In this document: positions 1 to 14,758 of the stretch, one piece after another | Layout: each line of letters begins with the position of its first letter | Numbering within the stretch: the stretch's first letter is position 1 | Assembly: GCF_009914755.1 (NCBI RefSeq) | Contig: NC_060930.1 | From: the human T2T-CHM13v2.0 reference genome, Homo sapiens | Length of the DNA: 64,000 bases | Direction: 5' to 3' (one strand) | Program-made: the position numbers and the translations under genes | Notes under the pieces: generated by a model | What the model saw: the letters and a program-made list of their open reading frames with translations, nothing else | Databases searched by the model: none | What the model was told of the DNA's origin: nothing

Positions 1-162
1 TGCCTCAGCCTCCCAGAGATCACAGGCATGCACCACCACGCCTGGCTAATTTTTGTATTTTTAGTAGAGACAGAGTTTCACCATGTTGGCCAGGCTGATC
101 TCAAACTCCTGACCTCAAGTGATCTGCCCGCGTTGGCCTCCCAAAGTGCCCGGATGACAGGC
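1..162 (-). mobile_element. Alu (partial, cut by the window edge)
   Basis: Reverse Alu motifs gctaatttttgtatttttagtagagac and tcctgacctcaagtgatc. Confidence 0.95.
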
Positions 163-3100
163 AAACTTCCGATTTTCTAATCGCTGAGGACACATAGCTC
201 AGACATATGAGTATAGATAATTTTTCTTCTATATTTCAAGTTCAATATTATTAAAAGACTATAAAATCTACAGTCCTTATTGTAACAACACAAGAGAAGC
301 TACAGACACTGGATGACTGTGGTTTCAAATCATAAATGTTTCCTCTTGATTCTAGACTCCTATGGAAGTCTAGATTCAAGTTACTGTTGCATCCACTGTT
401 GAATCTCCAATGCCTGTTGCAATGTGTGGCACAGTAAACATGCAATAAATACATATTGGCTGAGTAAAGAAACTAATATCAGAGTAACTAGAAGTTATTG
501 ACTCCTGCCTCAAGTAAGCAGGCTGACTGGAGGAACTTAGTTTGCTGAAGACACCTGTTTGAGAGGAAGTGGGAGTTAAATGACCTAACTTACTAGTGTA
601 AAAAAAAAAAAAAAAAAAAAAAAGGACATAAATATATGTAGTCTGCTTAACGATAGCAGTAAAGGGCCTCACTGTAGTGCCCCGGTTCCTCCGAAACATA
701 AATGCGAAGGACAAGAGGATCTAGCATGTGTCTGAAACGCCATCACTGAATCCTCTTGATATTCTTTAAGACGCAAATCCACAGAGCTTCACCAGAACAG
801 CCAAAGATTATCATTTTGAAGAAAGGGGATATAGTGAAACAAACATGTATGTACCAAAGACAGCAAAAGGGCCTACGTCCGCTGACATGTTCAAACGTTT
901 TAAGGAAAGCTATTATTTCAAGCACATGACAAAAGGATAGAGAAGGGAGTAGAATGAATTACAGAATAACTAGTGTTTACGCCTGAGAGGTCCCTGGGCT
1001 GTTCTGTACCTCCTGGAAACTGTTTATGTGCACAAGTCCTGTGATCATGGGGCTATGATTAGTGGATGCTGACAGTGTGACAGCAGAGGAAGGCATGAAT
1101 CACCACTGTTCCATATAGGAGAAAGGTGAACAAGACCGACTCTGCCCCAAAGACAGTCTTCTTTTTCCACATTCTAAGTTCTGGTGACTTGGTGCTATAG
1201 GACAGGGTAGGAAAAAGAGAGAGGACTGATGAGGAATAAATTTCACGATTTTAGGAAATTCCACTTCTGAAAACTCATCTTTTGTGACATTATAATTTCT
1301 TAATTTATACCTAACAGCTAATAATTTTCCATTTTCCACAGACTCATTATCTTTTAAAATTATTGAAATCTTCAAATGCCTGGCACTGCATTTCTGAAAT
1401 GGTCCTATCTGTAGGAAGATGTTTATTTCACTTTGATCCAAGCTTTCTCTGCATCAAGAACCCAAGACGGGAATGCTACCAGTCAAGGGAAGGTAAATAA
1501 AAATTGATGACTTCCTCAGTTTTCTAGGAATTATCCACCAATGAATTTGACTGGATGGTTGAGTTGTAGTAAATATGTCACAGCATTAAGGATATTTTGT
1601 TGTCATCTGGAAATGGTAGAAAAAGTAGCCAGAAAAAGCTCTTTCCTGAATGCAGGTGGAGATGTCCATTCTTGGCAAAGTCTATACAATAATGCTTGAT
1701 TGAGATGCTTGACCTGTCTTTTGCTACAAAAGCAGAATATGAATCTCATTTGAAGCACTGAACTAGAGTAAAATGTGACAATATTCAAAACTGCCTGAAT
1801 CAGTCATAAAACACTAGTCGGCTTCAAGTATTGGCATTCTTTAAGAAAGACACTGAGGTTCTGAATACTTTGAATCTGTTATGTCTGTCCCTTTGAGTGG
1901 AGTACAGCCAGTCCGTATCTTACTGTCCTTTCAAGAAAAGTTCTTGAACAAAGTGGATGCACTTTCTGTCATGGAAGTCAGTGGTGGATTTGGAAACGTA
2001 GCCTTCTTTTATCTTCCCGTGGGTCTTTTCTCGAATCTGAAAAGCTGACACTTATTGGATTATAGGGTGGGGATCATAGGGTGGGGAAAACCCATCCTAT
2101 GGATGATAGGCTGGGGAAAACCAGTTAACTACAGGTAATCAAGAAGAAAATGCCTTCTGAATGACATGAGGTGGGACATTTGAAGAGAGTTGATGTCATC
2201 TTCTGATGCCTTTCCAGTGATTTGCTTAGAAGAAATCTGTCCATGATCACTTAAATAGAGGCAGAAAAAAAACCCTGGGGTTAGACGAGGCCTTTATCCA
2301 CAGCTGAAACTGATGAGGCCTCCTGGCAAGACCCCAAAGCCAAAGACTTTGTTTCCTGTCTTCTCAAAGTCCTGACCTCCAGTATTTAGGGAACCAATAA
2401 CATTTTTTCATTTCTGGAGTTATGTTTCTCATGCAACTCATGGCAGCTGCTTGCCAGCTCAGCATTTAGACTAATTTGTTACAGAAAATGGGGTAAATGT
2501 GTGTTCACCAAGGTCCAAAAATTAATATGAGGTCTAAACATATTTATATGCAACCTAACAAGGTATATGATACTTTTATCAGCATGTGTATTGTAAAATT
2601 AGAACTTTGGAACTCAGAACATTTCATTTCTAGATGTGTCTCAGTTTCTCACATTAGTTGTTTTGGTTTATTTTGTTTTGGTTTTAGAAAATGGGATGAC
2701 AAAATATTCTGATAGTGATTATCTTTTTTAAAAAGATAAATTGTTTTTAAAGACAGTTTTAAAAAATTCTCTGAGAAGAAATATAATTTGTATATTAACT
2801 GCAAATAAGTATTATTTTAAAATATTTTCTTCCATATATATAGTAGCCATGGGATTTATATATAGCCTTAGCAATCTTGCATACTTATTTTGAGGACTGA
2901 AAACTTCTGCCCAAATAATGGGGGGGGGGAAAAAAACCAGAAGAACATATATATTGTGTCCATTTCCTCAGATACCAAAACTTTGCAAGCAGTCGGCACA
3001 TATATGTCATATTACTATCCACCTCCACTTGAAAAATATTGTAATATTCAAGTACAAAGAGGAAAAACTAATATTTGATTGTCCTATCTGTAGCTAAAAA

Positions 3101-4813
3101 CCATCCATTGGAAGCCACATATATTCACTTCATTTAAAAAGATTTTCCAAGAACTCTCTCAAAAGAACCAGAAAGCTTCCCAAGCCATAGCCAGCACATT
3201 GTTCCCTTGTCCTCTTTGGGGTTTTATAACAACAGTTGATGAGAGAAAAGGTAATGAGCTGTGGCAACATTTTTTCAAGTTTAAAGCCTCCTCAAATGTT
3301 GGAGTTTGGATCCAGGTTAAGTATTTTGCTGCATAATTATTTATGCATCTATTTTTGGCCAAATATAACTCCCTGTTTCTAGGAAGGAAGAAGGTTGGAA
3401 CAGTGTAGTGAAAAGAATCATGAGGCTTCTTTCATACCAAAGAGTGCTCACAAAACCACATTTTGATGAGTTATGTGTAAATGAATCAGAAACTTATGGT
3501 TTGCATTTCCCTAAAAAACACAGAGATTTTTAAAATAAATGAATAAAAAAGATGTCCCCCATACAATACATTTGGCATATTGCCCATTAACACTTCAAAG
3601 AAGATAATTCAACACTTGCAGTAGACAAAAAAGAGATTTGCCCAAGTCTGGTCTGAGAGTATGGGAATGCATCTTAGCTGTGGCCAGCGCTGTAGATCCA
3701 CCTTCAAGGATTCATCTTCTGTGACCAAGACCAAGTTAAGCACAAAATCACACACACACAGTTTTTCAACTTAAAATGGTAAAACAGTTCCTTAACTGCT
3801 TAACATTTTCTTTAAAGAAAAAAAACTGATGGACACCATCCACAGTGGACAAAATAAAACATAACTCATTATTCTCTATCTTTAAAAACTCATTTATTAA
3901 TTCTTTCAACAAATATTTATTGGACACCTGCTATGTACCAGGCACTCTTCTGGGCTCAAGGGGTTCTAATGGTAAATATGACAGATGAGGCTCTGTATTT
4001 ATGGAGTTTGTCATGACAGAAACCCTTCTCTGCCATGTCAATGTTATAAAGCAATTCTTGTAGACAATTCCAAGTTATTGTCAAAAACTTGGATTTAGAC
4101 ATCTGGATGACTAACTTTGTGAACCTCCTGAACATCTGAGGAAGAGGGAAGAATAAAAGGACCCAGAGAGCCTCCAAGAAGATGTTATGACAGGCAGGCC
4201 TCAAATTTACTTGGGTTAGCTTTCTAGCAAAGATACTGTGTAAATTGATCTGCTTTTCAGAAAGCAGCCGATATCATAAAATAAAGTGATGTTTCTTTTC
4301 AAGGGTGTCATCTTAATCAGCTATAAGTGATGCAACTGTACCTTACAAGGCAAAAACCTTTAACCAAATATAAATCAATTCAACAGGGCAAGCGCAGAAG
4401 TAGCATTTTCTGTATTTGCAGCTCAAGAGAGGTGCTATGAGGAACTGCGGAAACTCATAGGGCCTAAAGAGCAGCTTCAGATGTTGCCCAGAACTTAGAT
4501 GCCCTGACCTATACATGTATCATGGAACCAGCAGGACGTTCAGGTGGATCTCCAACTTCCCAAAATCACCCACAGCTTTCATCTTAAATCACACACCACG
4601 ACCCAACAACCTGCTGTTTCAAGCTCTGACTCCCTGACCCTCATCTCCCTCCTTCTACAGCTCTTCCTGTGGCTTCAAAACCCCCTACCCAGACAGGTAC
4701 CCCCACTCTCTCACCCCAGCATTCTTCATCTTAACTTCCTAGGTGTTTCCCTGAAGGTTACATCCCCAGTGCCTACCCCCATTCCTGGGTCATGGTCAGT
4801 AAAACATTTTTGT

Positions 4814-4870
4814 TGGATGGATGGATGGATGGATGGATGGACGGATGGTTGGATGGATGGATGGATGGAT
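4814..4870. repeat. (GGAT)n tetranucleotide microsatellite
   Basis: About 14 units with two interruptions. Confidence 0.97.
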
Positions 4871-5419
4871 AAGCTTCCCTGGAAAAAAAATCTTGACCTG
4901 AGGTTTGTCAGAAACTAATGCTTCCATGTCAGCCACTGGCGAGATGCCGCAGCCAGATTCTCCCCATCACTAAATCCCTGGTAGAAGTCAACATGAGTAG
5001 ATTTTGCTGTCAAAGAGACCAAGACTTTGGCCAATTACTGAACATCTCTGAGCCTCAGGGCCTCATGCAACATCTGCCTCATTCAGGCTGTTGAGGATGG
5101 AATGAGATGGGCTCCATAAAGCACCAGGCACATGCTAAACACTTCCTCTCCACCCATCCGTCTTCTAAAGTCAAGTCAATTAAGCTGAGAAAAAAATATT
5201 TAACCACATGCAATTACATTTGATTTGAGAGCTCCTGAGGAAGAGGGTTGGGAAGGGCTGAAGAGTTTGGGAAGTCTTGAGAAAACTTGTTGATATTTTC
5301 TTGAGAACAGCTATGCCTAAGAACTGTAACCAGGGACACCATGGAAAGGGTGGCGAAAAAGGAGTAAGTTGTCCTAGAATGTGTTAGATTCAGAATTTGT
5401 CAGGAAGCAGTGACAAGAT

Positions 5420-6750
5420 CAGTGGTCTCCAAAGTGCATGACATAACCCACTGGGGTGTGGAAAGAAAGCAATAAAACCTCTATTTATAGTTTTTTAGTC
5501 TAAAAAAAAATACTTTTCTAAGTTAAGCTTTCCCAGTATTTACTATATAATTAACACTGGCCTCCTCAGAGACACTGGTTTCTTCATCCTATCTATGTGT
5601 CAGGAGAGTACTGCCCTCAATGATGGCTCAAAGGGTCCCCAGTGGTAGGGTTCCCTTGGTAGACAGTGGCACTAGGGGCTTGTAATGCATTGCAGCTCAC
5701 ATGTGCCTGGTTAAGTAGGCTTTCGGCTCATACAATCTAGTCTGAACTAAACTAGCCTTCTCAAAACAATCAGATGGCCCAAAAATTTCCTTTGAAGAAA
5801 TTTTTGGATTGAAAAGAAGAGTAATACTATAAGGATAAACAAACAACAAGAAACTGGCAAAGCCAACACTTCTACTCTCCTCCTCATCCACATTATGAGA
5901 TAAAAACCATGGTGACCTCATCAGAACTGACATATTAAACCACACTGCTCTCATTATAAATATTATTCACAGTATTTATCTCAGCAAGAGCAAAAAGGTC
6001 TTTTGTACTATTGAACTACATAAATTAAAAATTATCTCATGCTACTATAAAGACACATGCACACGTATGTTTATTGCGGCACTATTCACAATAGGAAAGA
6101 CTTGGAACCAACCCAAATGTTCAACAATGATAGACTGGATTAAGAAAATGTGGCACATACACACCATGGAATACTATGCAGCCATAAAAAATGATGAGTT
6201 CATGTCCTTTGTAGGGACATGGATGAAGCTGGAAACCATCATTCTCAGCAAACTATCGCAAGGACAAAAAACCAAACACCGCATGTTCTCACTCATAGGT
6301 GGGAATTGAACAATGAGAACACATGGACACAGGAAGGGGAACATCACACACCGGGGACTGTTGTGGGGTGGCGGGAGGGGGGAGGGATAGCATTAGGAGA
6401 TATACCTAATGCTAAATGACGAGTTAATGGGTGCAGCACACCAACATGGCACATGTATACATATGTAACAAACCTGCACGTTGTGCACATGTACCCTCAA
6501 ACTTAAAGTATAATAATAAAAAAAGAATCATAATTTGAATAATAAAAAAATGCTTAAAACATTTTTATGGCAGCCTTAGCTCATGCTACCACTAAAAATT
6601 ATATGTTATGTATGATTTATAAAATGTTTCATATTTCCATGCAGTAGAACATGCATCTATTTCATCCATAAATAAATAGAGATACACTGGAGGCACATGT
6701 TTTTAAGTTTTGACTGACAAGGGTTTCCCCCGATGAGATGGGAGACCCTG
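5420..6750. mobile_element. Old hAT-Charlie DNA transposon relic interrupted by the L1PA
   Basis: Terminal inverted repeats cagtggtctcc (5420) and ggagacc-ctg (6741-6750) around an AT-rich interior. Confidence 0.55.
6036..6523 (+). mobile_element. L1PA 3' fragment (ORF2 C-terminus, 3'UTR and polyA)
   Basis: ORF 6067-6309 (MFIAALFTI…HRMFSLIGGN) is the L1 ORF2p C-terminus. G-rich 3'UTR and an A tail follow. Confidence 0.97.
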
Positions 6751-7541
6751 CTCTATACAGCAGTTTGTATATGCACATTCTGCAAGAGATCACCTGATTG
6801 CAATGAGTAGAGCACTGCGACTAAGAATGGGTGTGAGCCAAGTCCTGTCTGGGTTCCTGGAGACCACCAACAGTCAGCCCATGGAACAGAATCCATGATG
6901 GCAGGCGCCCCAGAGCTGTTAGGTTTACATCCCGGAGAAACAACTGCACGGTCAGCGGCCAGGAGCCGCTTCCTTCCCAGGAAGGAAGATTAGCCCACCC
7001 GAAGACCCAATAACACTGGTGAACACTTATGGTCCTGTTTACAACCCTTACTCCTTGAGAAGGTCAGTTCAAGACTACAGAAGATTGTAAGGAGGAAGTA
7101 GAAAGATAAATGGAATGTGGCTTTTTGGATAGGAAGGGGGAAACTTTCCATTGTAGCAATCAGTCTGGAGGAACATAGTGAGATAGAATTTGAAGAGAAG
7201 AATACAAGGGGCAGTGCAAAAGAATGACTTGGTCAGGGGCAGAGATGAAAGATGAACCAAGCTACCATTCTAGCAAGCAGAAGTAGGGAAGGAAGCACTC
7301 TAGATGCAAGGATTCTCTGCTTGAGACATAATAATTAATAGTGACATGCTTCCCAGTAGCAGAAAAGAGTGCAGGAAAGAGGAGGGGGAGTGCTCATGAT
7401 TTAGCCGGAACTAGGGAATTCAAAACAGGCATACACGCGGATGTGGGCAGATCCCATTGAGGAGGGTGCTACCTCCGTAGCGAGTGCTGTCAGGGAACCC
7501 AGTATGCAGGCAAGCAAAGTGCAAGGTGGTTGATGTTTTAG

Positions 7542-7890
<349 letters not shown>

Positions 7891-9248
7891 TAGGGCATTC
7901 TTAATGGTAGTCTGGTGGTGGGGGGCAGTGTAGGAGACGACGAGAAGGGAGGTGGACATTTCTACTGAGGAGATAAAAAAGGAAATGACACCAAGAGGAC
8001 AAGAAAAGAGAGCAGGAAAAAGAAGTGGCAAAAGAGAAAAGAGGTGGAAGGGGAGTCATTGACCAGAGGAAAAAAAAAAACTACAAAAGCACAATAAAAA
8101 TATCAATAAGATTTAAAAATTAGTGAAGGATGATAAAAATATTGGGGCTGAGGAGTAGAGTTCCATCACAAAAGATAGGAATAAACCAGCCAGAATTTTA
8201 GTGTGTGGTAAAGTACATTTTACTCATATGACTCTATAGAAGAAAGAAATCTACATGGGGCCCAAACCCTCATTTTGGGGATGATAAAACTGAGCCCCTG
8301 CCCACCCCCAAGAAGGTAATCAGCTTTCCTAGGAGCAAGGAGGAGCAGCCAAACCCCTGGCATCTAGGCCAAGACCCTCTCCTTTCTCCATTGTTATCCA
8401 AACACCCAGCCATGTTTCCCAGGGCGCAGGCCTTCAGCTCACCACAGGGTCCCTGAGGCTGCCAGATTGTTGATTTCACAATCTATGGGACAGTCAGCAT
8501 GAACGTGAAGAAAAAAGAATCGATAAAAGAAATGAAATGATTGGGAACATTCAAAGCCAGCAGCAGGAGAAACTCAACATGAGCAATCATCCTTCAAATA
8601 ACACTTCCTCACAGACTAAAAGTGGCAGCAAGTGAAGTTGGATTCAGGCCCAGCTGCGTCCTCCCGCATCTTGTTGGGAGCAGGCGCACTGGTTAATTCT
8701 CCTACTTTGGAGAAGAGAAGCTGTTCTTTTGTCATGAACTGCAATTCTTGGAACAAACACAGCATCCTACTTTAAATCTGGAAAAAATGGGCAAGTTCGG
8801 TTTGGAATGAAGCTCATATATATTTGTGTAAGTTTTTACTTAGGGAGTAATGATAGCCTTATCATCACTATGGCTGAAAAATGAACTTGATTTTTCAATT
8901 CCCAAAGGAATTGAAAACACGTAGGCAAGAACTTAGAACTACCGTCTCTTAAAATAATAGACCACAGAGCTTCATTTTCTAATTAGTTTATGTTAAACTT
9001 GTATTAAGAACTCAGTTAAATATATTGACTTAAAGACTGTTTTTTGTATCTAAACTTTTCTTCAATGACTAAAGCTGTTCATGTTTTTTTTGTTTTTTTT
9101 TACTAGGATCAGTCAAACCAAATGTGCCTGACATGGAAAAACAGTTTCGATCTTTTGTGAAATATAGTTTGATGTTTTTCCTAAGTTTTATATCAGAATA
9201 TTCCACAAAGGCTAATTTAGTCTAAAGTGAAAGAAAAAACTGTGAGGA

Positions 9249-9701
<453 letters not shown>

Positions 9702-9901
9702 TTATGCCCCATTCGATTCTCTCTCAGTGCTTCTGATTGTACCAACTAGAAAGTCTCAGCTTGAGCTACTGCGGTCTTAACAGCTAACAATTGCTTTCCT
9801 CACCTCTTAGTTTCAAAGAAAGGGTAACTCTCAGGACATTTTACAGGCAACATTTACTAGCTTCAATTTGATAAACGTCCTTTTTTTTTTTTTTTATCAT
9901 A

Positions 9902-10277
9902 CAGTTGACCCTTGAACAATGCAGAGGTTACAGATGCCAACCCCCCACTCCATCCCACCTGCACAGTTGAAAATTCTTGTATAGTTTTTGACTCTCCAAA
10001 ACTTAACTACTAATAGCCTACTGCAGATTGGAAACCTTACAGATAAACAATCAATTACCACATACTTCATATGTTAAATGTATTATACACTCTGTTCTTA
10101 CAATAAAGTAAACTAGAGAAAAATAAAATGTTATATAGAAAATCATGAGAAAATATATTTACTATTCATTAAGTGGAAGTAGATAATCATAAACGTCTTC
10201 ACCCTCCTCATCTTCACTTTGAGGAGGCTGAGGAGGAGGAGGAAGAGGAAGGGTTGGTCTTGCTGTCTCAGGGGTGG
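9902..10277. mobile_element. Tigger2-family (MER28/Tigger2a-like) fragment
   Basis: TA followed by the terminus cagttgacccttgaacaa, plus the characteristic gaggaggaggaagagg…ggtcttgctgtctcaggggtggc. Confidence 0.85.
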
Positions 10278-10455
10278 CCCACGACAAGAGAACAGGGGCA
10301 GTGCTGAAACAGCTGGTGATAATTGAAGTTTCCATCTGGATTTTCCCACTGTGTCTTAGGAACATGGAGGAAAGACACATGCCGGAGGCAATTACCCTAC
10401 CCCAGCAAAACTGCAGCCATTCTTTCTTGTTTATTCCTTAGCTTGGCTTAACCAA

Positions 10456-10753
10456 TTTTTTTTTTTTTTTTTTGAGATCTGGTTTCACTCTGTCGCCCAG
10501 AATGGAGTGCAGTGGCACAGTCTTGACTCATGCAGCCTCGACCACCTGGAATCTAGCAATCCTCCTGTCTCAGCCTCCCAAGCAGCTGGGATGACAGGCA
10601 TCCACCACCACGCCTGGCTAATTTTTTAATGTTTTGTAGAGATGGAGTTTCTCCGTGTTGTTCAGGCTGGTCTCGAACTCCTGGGCTCAAGCAATCCACC
10701 TGCCTCTGCCTCCCAAAGTGGTGGATTACAGATGTCAGCCGCCATGCCTGGCT
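10456..10753 (-). mobile_element. Alu (AluJ-like)
   Basis: Diverged reverse Alu with ctcctgggctcaagcaatcc. TSD ggcttaa(c/g)caatt at 10445-10457 and 10754-10766. Confidence 0.95.
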
Positions 10754-11248
10754 GGCTTAAGCAATTATGAAGTGAAGATGGTGAAGTGCTCCAGGTCCTA
10801 ATTTCATCAGGACGGTCTAAACTATTGGAGTCTCCAAGGCCTGGCCACCTTGAGGAGCAGGGCAGGCTCTAATCCCATTTGTACACAGGGAAATGAAGAG
10901 GCAGTTTGGGATTTGCAGTGCTTATGATTAAATGTACAATATGCTGGTCCTCAAGTGATTCCTAGAAATGCCTAATTCTTTGTGTATGGTCCATAATTTG
11001 ATATCCTGGCCTGGGGGGAAATCAACCTCCATCTTAGCCACTCTGCACTTCTTTTTCCTCATCTATATATAAGGGATTAAAACAATAAACATAGTTCAAA
11101 TGGTGGCTGCAAGAATTCAATGGAGTAAATGCCATAAACCACTAGTACAGGGCTTGGTAAATATAATCTCCTCTTAGTATTAGTTGATATACAGAATGTT
11201 CCTGAGCTGCTGGGTATAGTTTAGGGTTATGCAGAAAACAAGGGTTTT

Positions 11249-11520
11249 GGCTGGGCACGGTGGCTCACACCTGTAATCCCAACACTTTGCGAGGCCAAGG
11301 CGGGCAGATCACTTGAGGCCGGGAGTTCGAGACCAGCCTGGCCACCATGGTGAAACCCCATCTCTACTAAAAATACAAAAATTAGCTGGGTGTCGTGGCA
11401 TGTGCTAGTAGTCCCAGCTACTCAGGAGGCTGAGGCACAAGAATCACCTGGACCTGGGAGGTGGAGGTTGTAGTGAGCTGAGATTGTGCCACTGCACTCC
11501 AGCCTGGGTGCCACAGCAAG
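11249..11520 (+). mobile_element. Alu whose tail has expanded into a purine microsatellite
   Basis: Forward Alu dimer followed by a (GA)n/(GAAA)n/(GGAA)n tract. Confidence 0.96.
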
Positions 11521-11530
11521 GAAAAGAAAG

Positions 11531-11601
<71 letters not shown>

Positions 11602-11699
11602 AGAGAAGAGAAGAGAAGAAAGAAAGGAAGGAAGGAAGGAAGAGAGAAAGGGAGAAAGAGAGAAAGGAAGAAAAAGGGAAAGAAAGAGAGAAAGAAAAG
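11521..11699. repeat. Polypurine (GA)n/(GAAA)n/(GGAA)n tract, ~180 bp
   Basis: Run of only A and G, including a long (GA)n stretch. Confidence 0.97.
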
Positions 11700-12679
11700 G
11701 GGTTTTTTTCCTTCCTTTATTCCCTCTATTCCTATCTCTCTTTCTTAACTCAGACTTCTCATCCCACACTCACTGCTCTTAAAATGTGGTCTTTCCATTG
11801 AGATTAGTGAGAGAACTGTACCGCTTCAAAATTCAAAGAAGGAAATTTTAAAAGGAGCAAATATAACTGGATTCAACCTAGACAGGAAGAGTCAGGGATT
11901 TCATGATCCAACCCTAATGGAGCTCTTTTTTCTTCTATACTGCAATCTTCTGCCCTGTATAAAGAGATGCCTATTGTGGCAGGTCTTTTGAAATGCCAGT
12001 GAAATGGGATGCAGAGACCAGTCATGTCTATACACGACCTGAAGCCTCCATTTGACCTAGCCTCATCAGAGGAAAAAAGAATATTGCATCAAATTAAATG
12101 TGCCTGGACCTAGACCTTTAATTATACAGCTTCACCATCCTCAAGGAGGCCACCACTCATTTAAAATTGTCTATTGCCTACACAAGTAATGTTTGCAAGA
12201 GAACAAAGCAATCCCAAATTGGGCCATAATGACCAAAATCTGCACCACTTGATGCCCCCAAATAGCTAAATCTAGACACAAATCACCTTATTCCCATCCT
12301 GTGGGACTGTGATATAAACTACAAAGTAAACTTGCATTGATGAAGACTGCAGCCTCTCTTCAAGACACCCTGTTAACTAGCCATCCACCCTGCTTACTTC
12401 CACTCTGATGAAATGTATTGACTATTGATCCCAAGGAAAAGCTTGCTTAGAGAACACAGTTCACTCAGAAATTGCCTGCAAGAACTGTATGATAATACTG
12501 CCTTTACTTCGGAAAGCAGATTTTTTATTTTATATGTTTACAAAGCCTTATTTGTAATTTTTGGCAAATAAGGTTTTGGCAGCTTTGAAAAAGAGTCATG
12601 ATTTGTTCCTCTTAACAAAGAGTAATGAGATGATCTTGTATTTGGCTCGATGGCACAACATCTTTTAGGATGTTTTATA

Positions 12680-13150
12680 ATCATTTTTTCCCTATGATAA
12701 ATGTGGTCGCTTTAAGATAATGCTGGTCCATTGCAGAAATTTCGGAGAATGTGACAAGGCGACTACGCATCCATAATCCCACCACCCAGACAATCACTGT
12801 TAACATTTTGGTATGTTTTCCTTCACTGAGGCATGTGACTGGAATGGTTAAAACCTTCCTATGTACATACCTTTGTATACTGCTCTTTACACTTAATTTT
12901 CTACTATCAGCACTAATGATCGCTAAAAACATTAAAGATCTTTTTAATAACTTTATTCCTTTTCAGACGGTTGTGCTATCATTTACTTATCCATTCTTTT
13001 AAAGTAGGACGTTTAGGCTGTATTCAGGTTTTCTGCTCTTATAAGCAATGCTGTATTGGACATCTTTATGCATACGTTTCTGTTGGTGTTTTCGACTATT
13101 TCCTTAGGACAGACTTCTTGATGCCAATTATTGAGCAGAGCATATGAATC
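12680..13150 (-). mobile_element. Old L1ME/L1MC 3' fragment
   Basis: cataatcccaccacccaga…ttaacattttggtatg…ggacatctttatgcatac motifs. Confidence 0.6.
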
Positions 13151-14758
13151 TTTCACAAATGTTTGTTTATAATATGTAGCATACACACAGGCTCATACTT
13201 GTCTTATTTTTTAGTTGACAAATTATGGTTGGTTGTTCTTAACTAAAAAAATCATACATTTGAAATTAAGTTTTAGTCCCATATGAAACGAAATGATCAA
13301 TGCATGTTTTAGATATTTCTTCAGTGACTGATGAGACTAATTATATATTTAACTGATTTGATTTATAACTAGGGTCTACTTAATCATAAATCTGGGCATC
13401 GAGGTGGGATTAAAGGATCAAGCAGATCAGGTTTAGCGACAGGACTAGGGACCAGTGAAAAAGCAACAAGGAGCCCCAAACTCTATGTAGCCTTATGAAA
13501 CATTTTGGCATCTGTGCCACCGGGTGAAACAGTATGCACTCACCTAGCTCCTGATGTGTAGGAGGTGTTTACAGGGCACGAGGGAAAACGCAAACTTCTT
13601 CTCTACAGATAGAGAAGGTGCATTAGGCCGGAAAGCACAGCCAGGAATATATGGGTCTTCGACCTGTGGGCCTCCATGGCCTCCAGAAAACCCCTCCCAT
13701 TCACAGCTCCTCTTCTGCTAGAGGAGAGAAGGCACTTCTGGTTTACAATCCCCACAACACTGGCTGAGGAACACCCAAAGAGCTTCCACCTCTGTCCACA
13801 CAGCCCCCACCCTTTTGCATTCAACATGTGAGGAAGTGATCAGGTGGCTATTTTTCAATGTTCGTTCAAGTTCTGTGTAAGGTTAGCAGATACATCAGGC
13901 CTGCAGCGAGGCAGTAATCCCCTCCTCTGGGATTCCCTGCACTCGCCTCTTAGGAATGTGTATGAGTGAGGGAACATTCATTCACTCTTTTTATTCATCC
14001 ATTCATTTCTCAGTTTGTCCTTTCATTCAAAAAAGAGTCACTGAATCTTATCTACCACTGTGCAGCAGCTCCTGTACTAGGCAACGGAGGACTCAACAGG
14101 AGACATGACAAAGGCGCTGCCCCCGTAAGACTTGTGGCTAATAAAAGAGGCAAGGAATGAAACAAGCAATGGCAACACAGAGGAAATGCAGGACTGTGGC
14201 AGAGGGATGCTAGGCAGAGGCCTGATGGCTGTCCCAGAGCAGAAGTGGCCCAGGAGGAAGGGCAGGGCCGCAGGGGGCCGGAGAGGCAAGGAGAAAATGC
14301 TCTAGGCAGGGAGGGGGCATGAGCTGGGAGAGTAGCAATGGGCACTGCTTGCAGGATGACGGCCCAAGGGTTAGCATCAGATCCTACTCACAACTGGAAA
14401 ACAACAGTGCATTAGAGCAGGAAGCTGCCAACTTGGACATCTGACAAGGACAGAAAGTAGGGCCCATAATGTGAAAGAGCTTGCCCAAGTGCCAAAGGAA
14501 GTTGATTTTGTGCAAGATGGATGCACAGGCTTCTGCCACAGGCACATCAGCCAGATATTGGGGTTTTTCTCCGGTAACTTTCCTATGGGGACTCCATGTG
14601 GACGCATTCCTGTGTATAAATATGTGTGTTCTGGATAATAGTAATGGTAGCCTTTGGGTTCAAAGAGAAAATGCTGGACTTCATAAAATCCCTTTATGAA
14701 CTAAGTTGAAGTCTGATATTTGAAGAACTGCATTAAATAGGGCTAGAAGAAGTAGCTG

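Noticed and set aside
5779-5807. 11-bp inverted repeat ccaaaaatttc/gaaatttttgg
   Set aside because: It is low-complexity and lies inside a DNA-transposon relic, so it is probably chance.
6067-6309. ORFs MFIAALFTI… (also 22715-22957 and 24977-25414) as genes
   Set aside because: They are C-terminal remnants of L1 ORF2p in 5'-truncated elements, with no promoter or RT domain.
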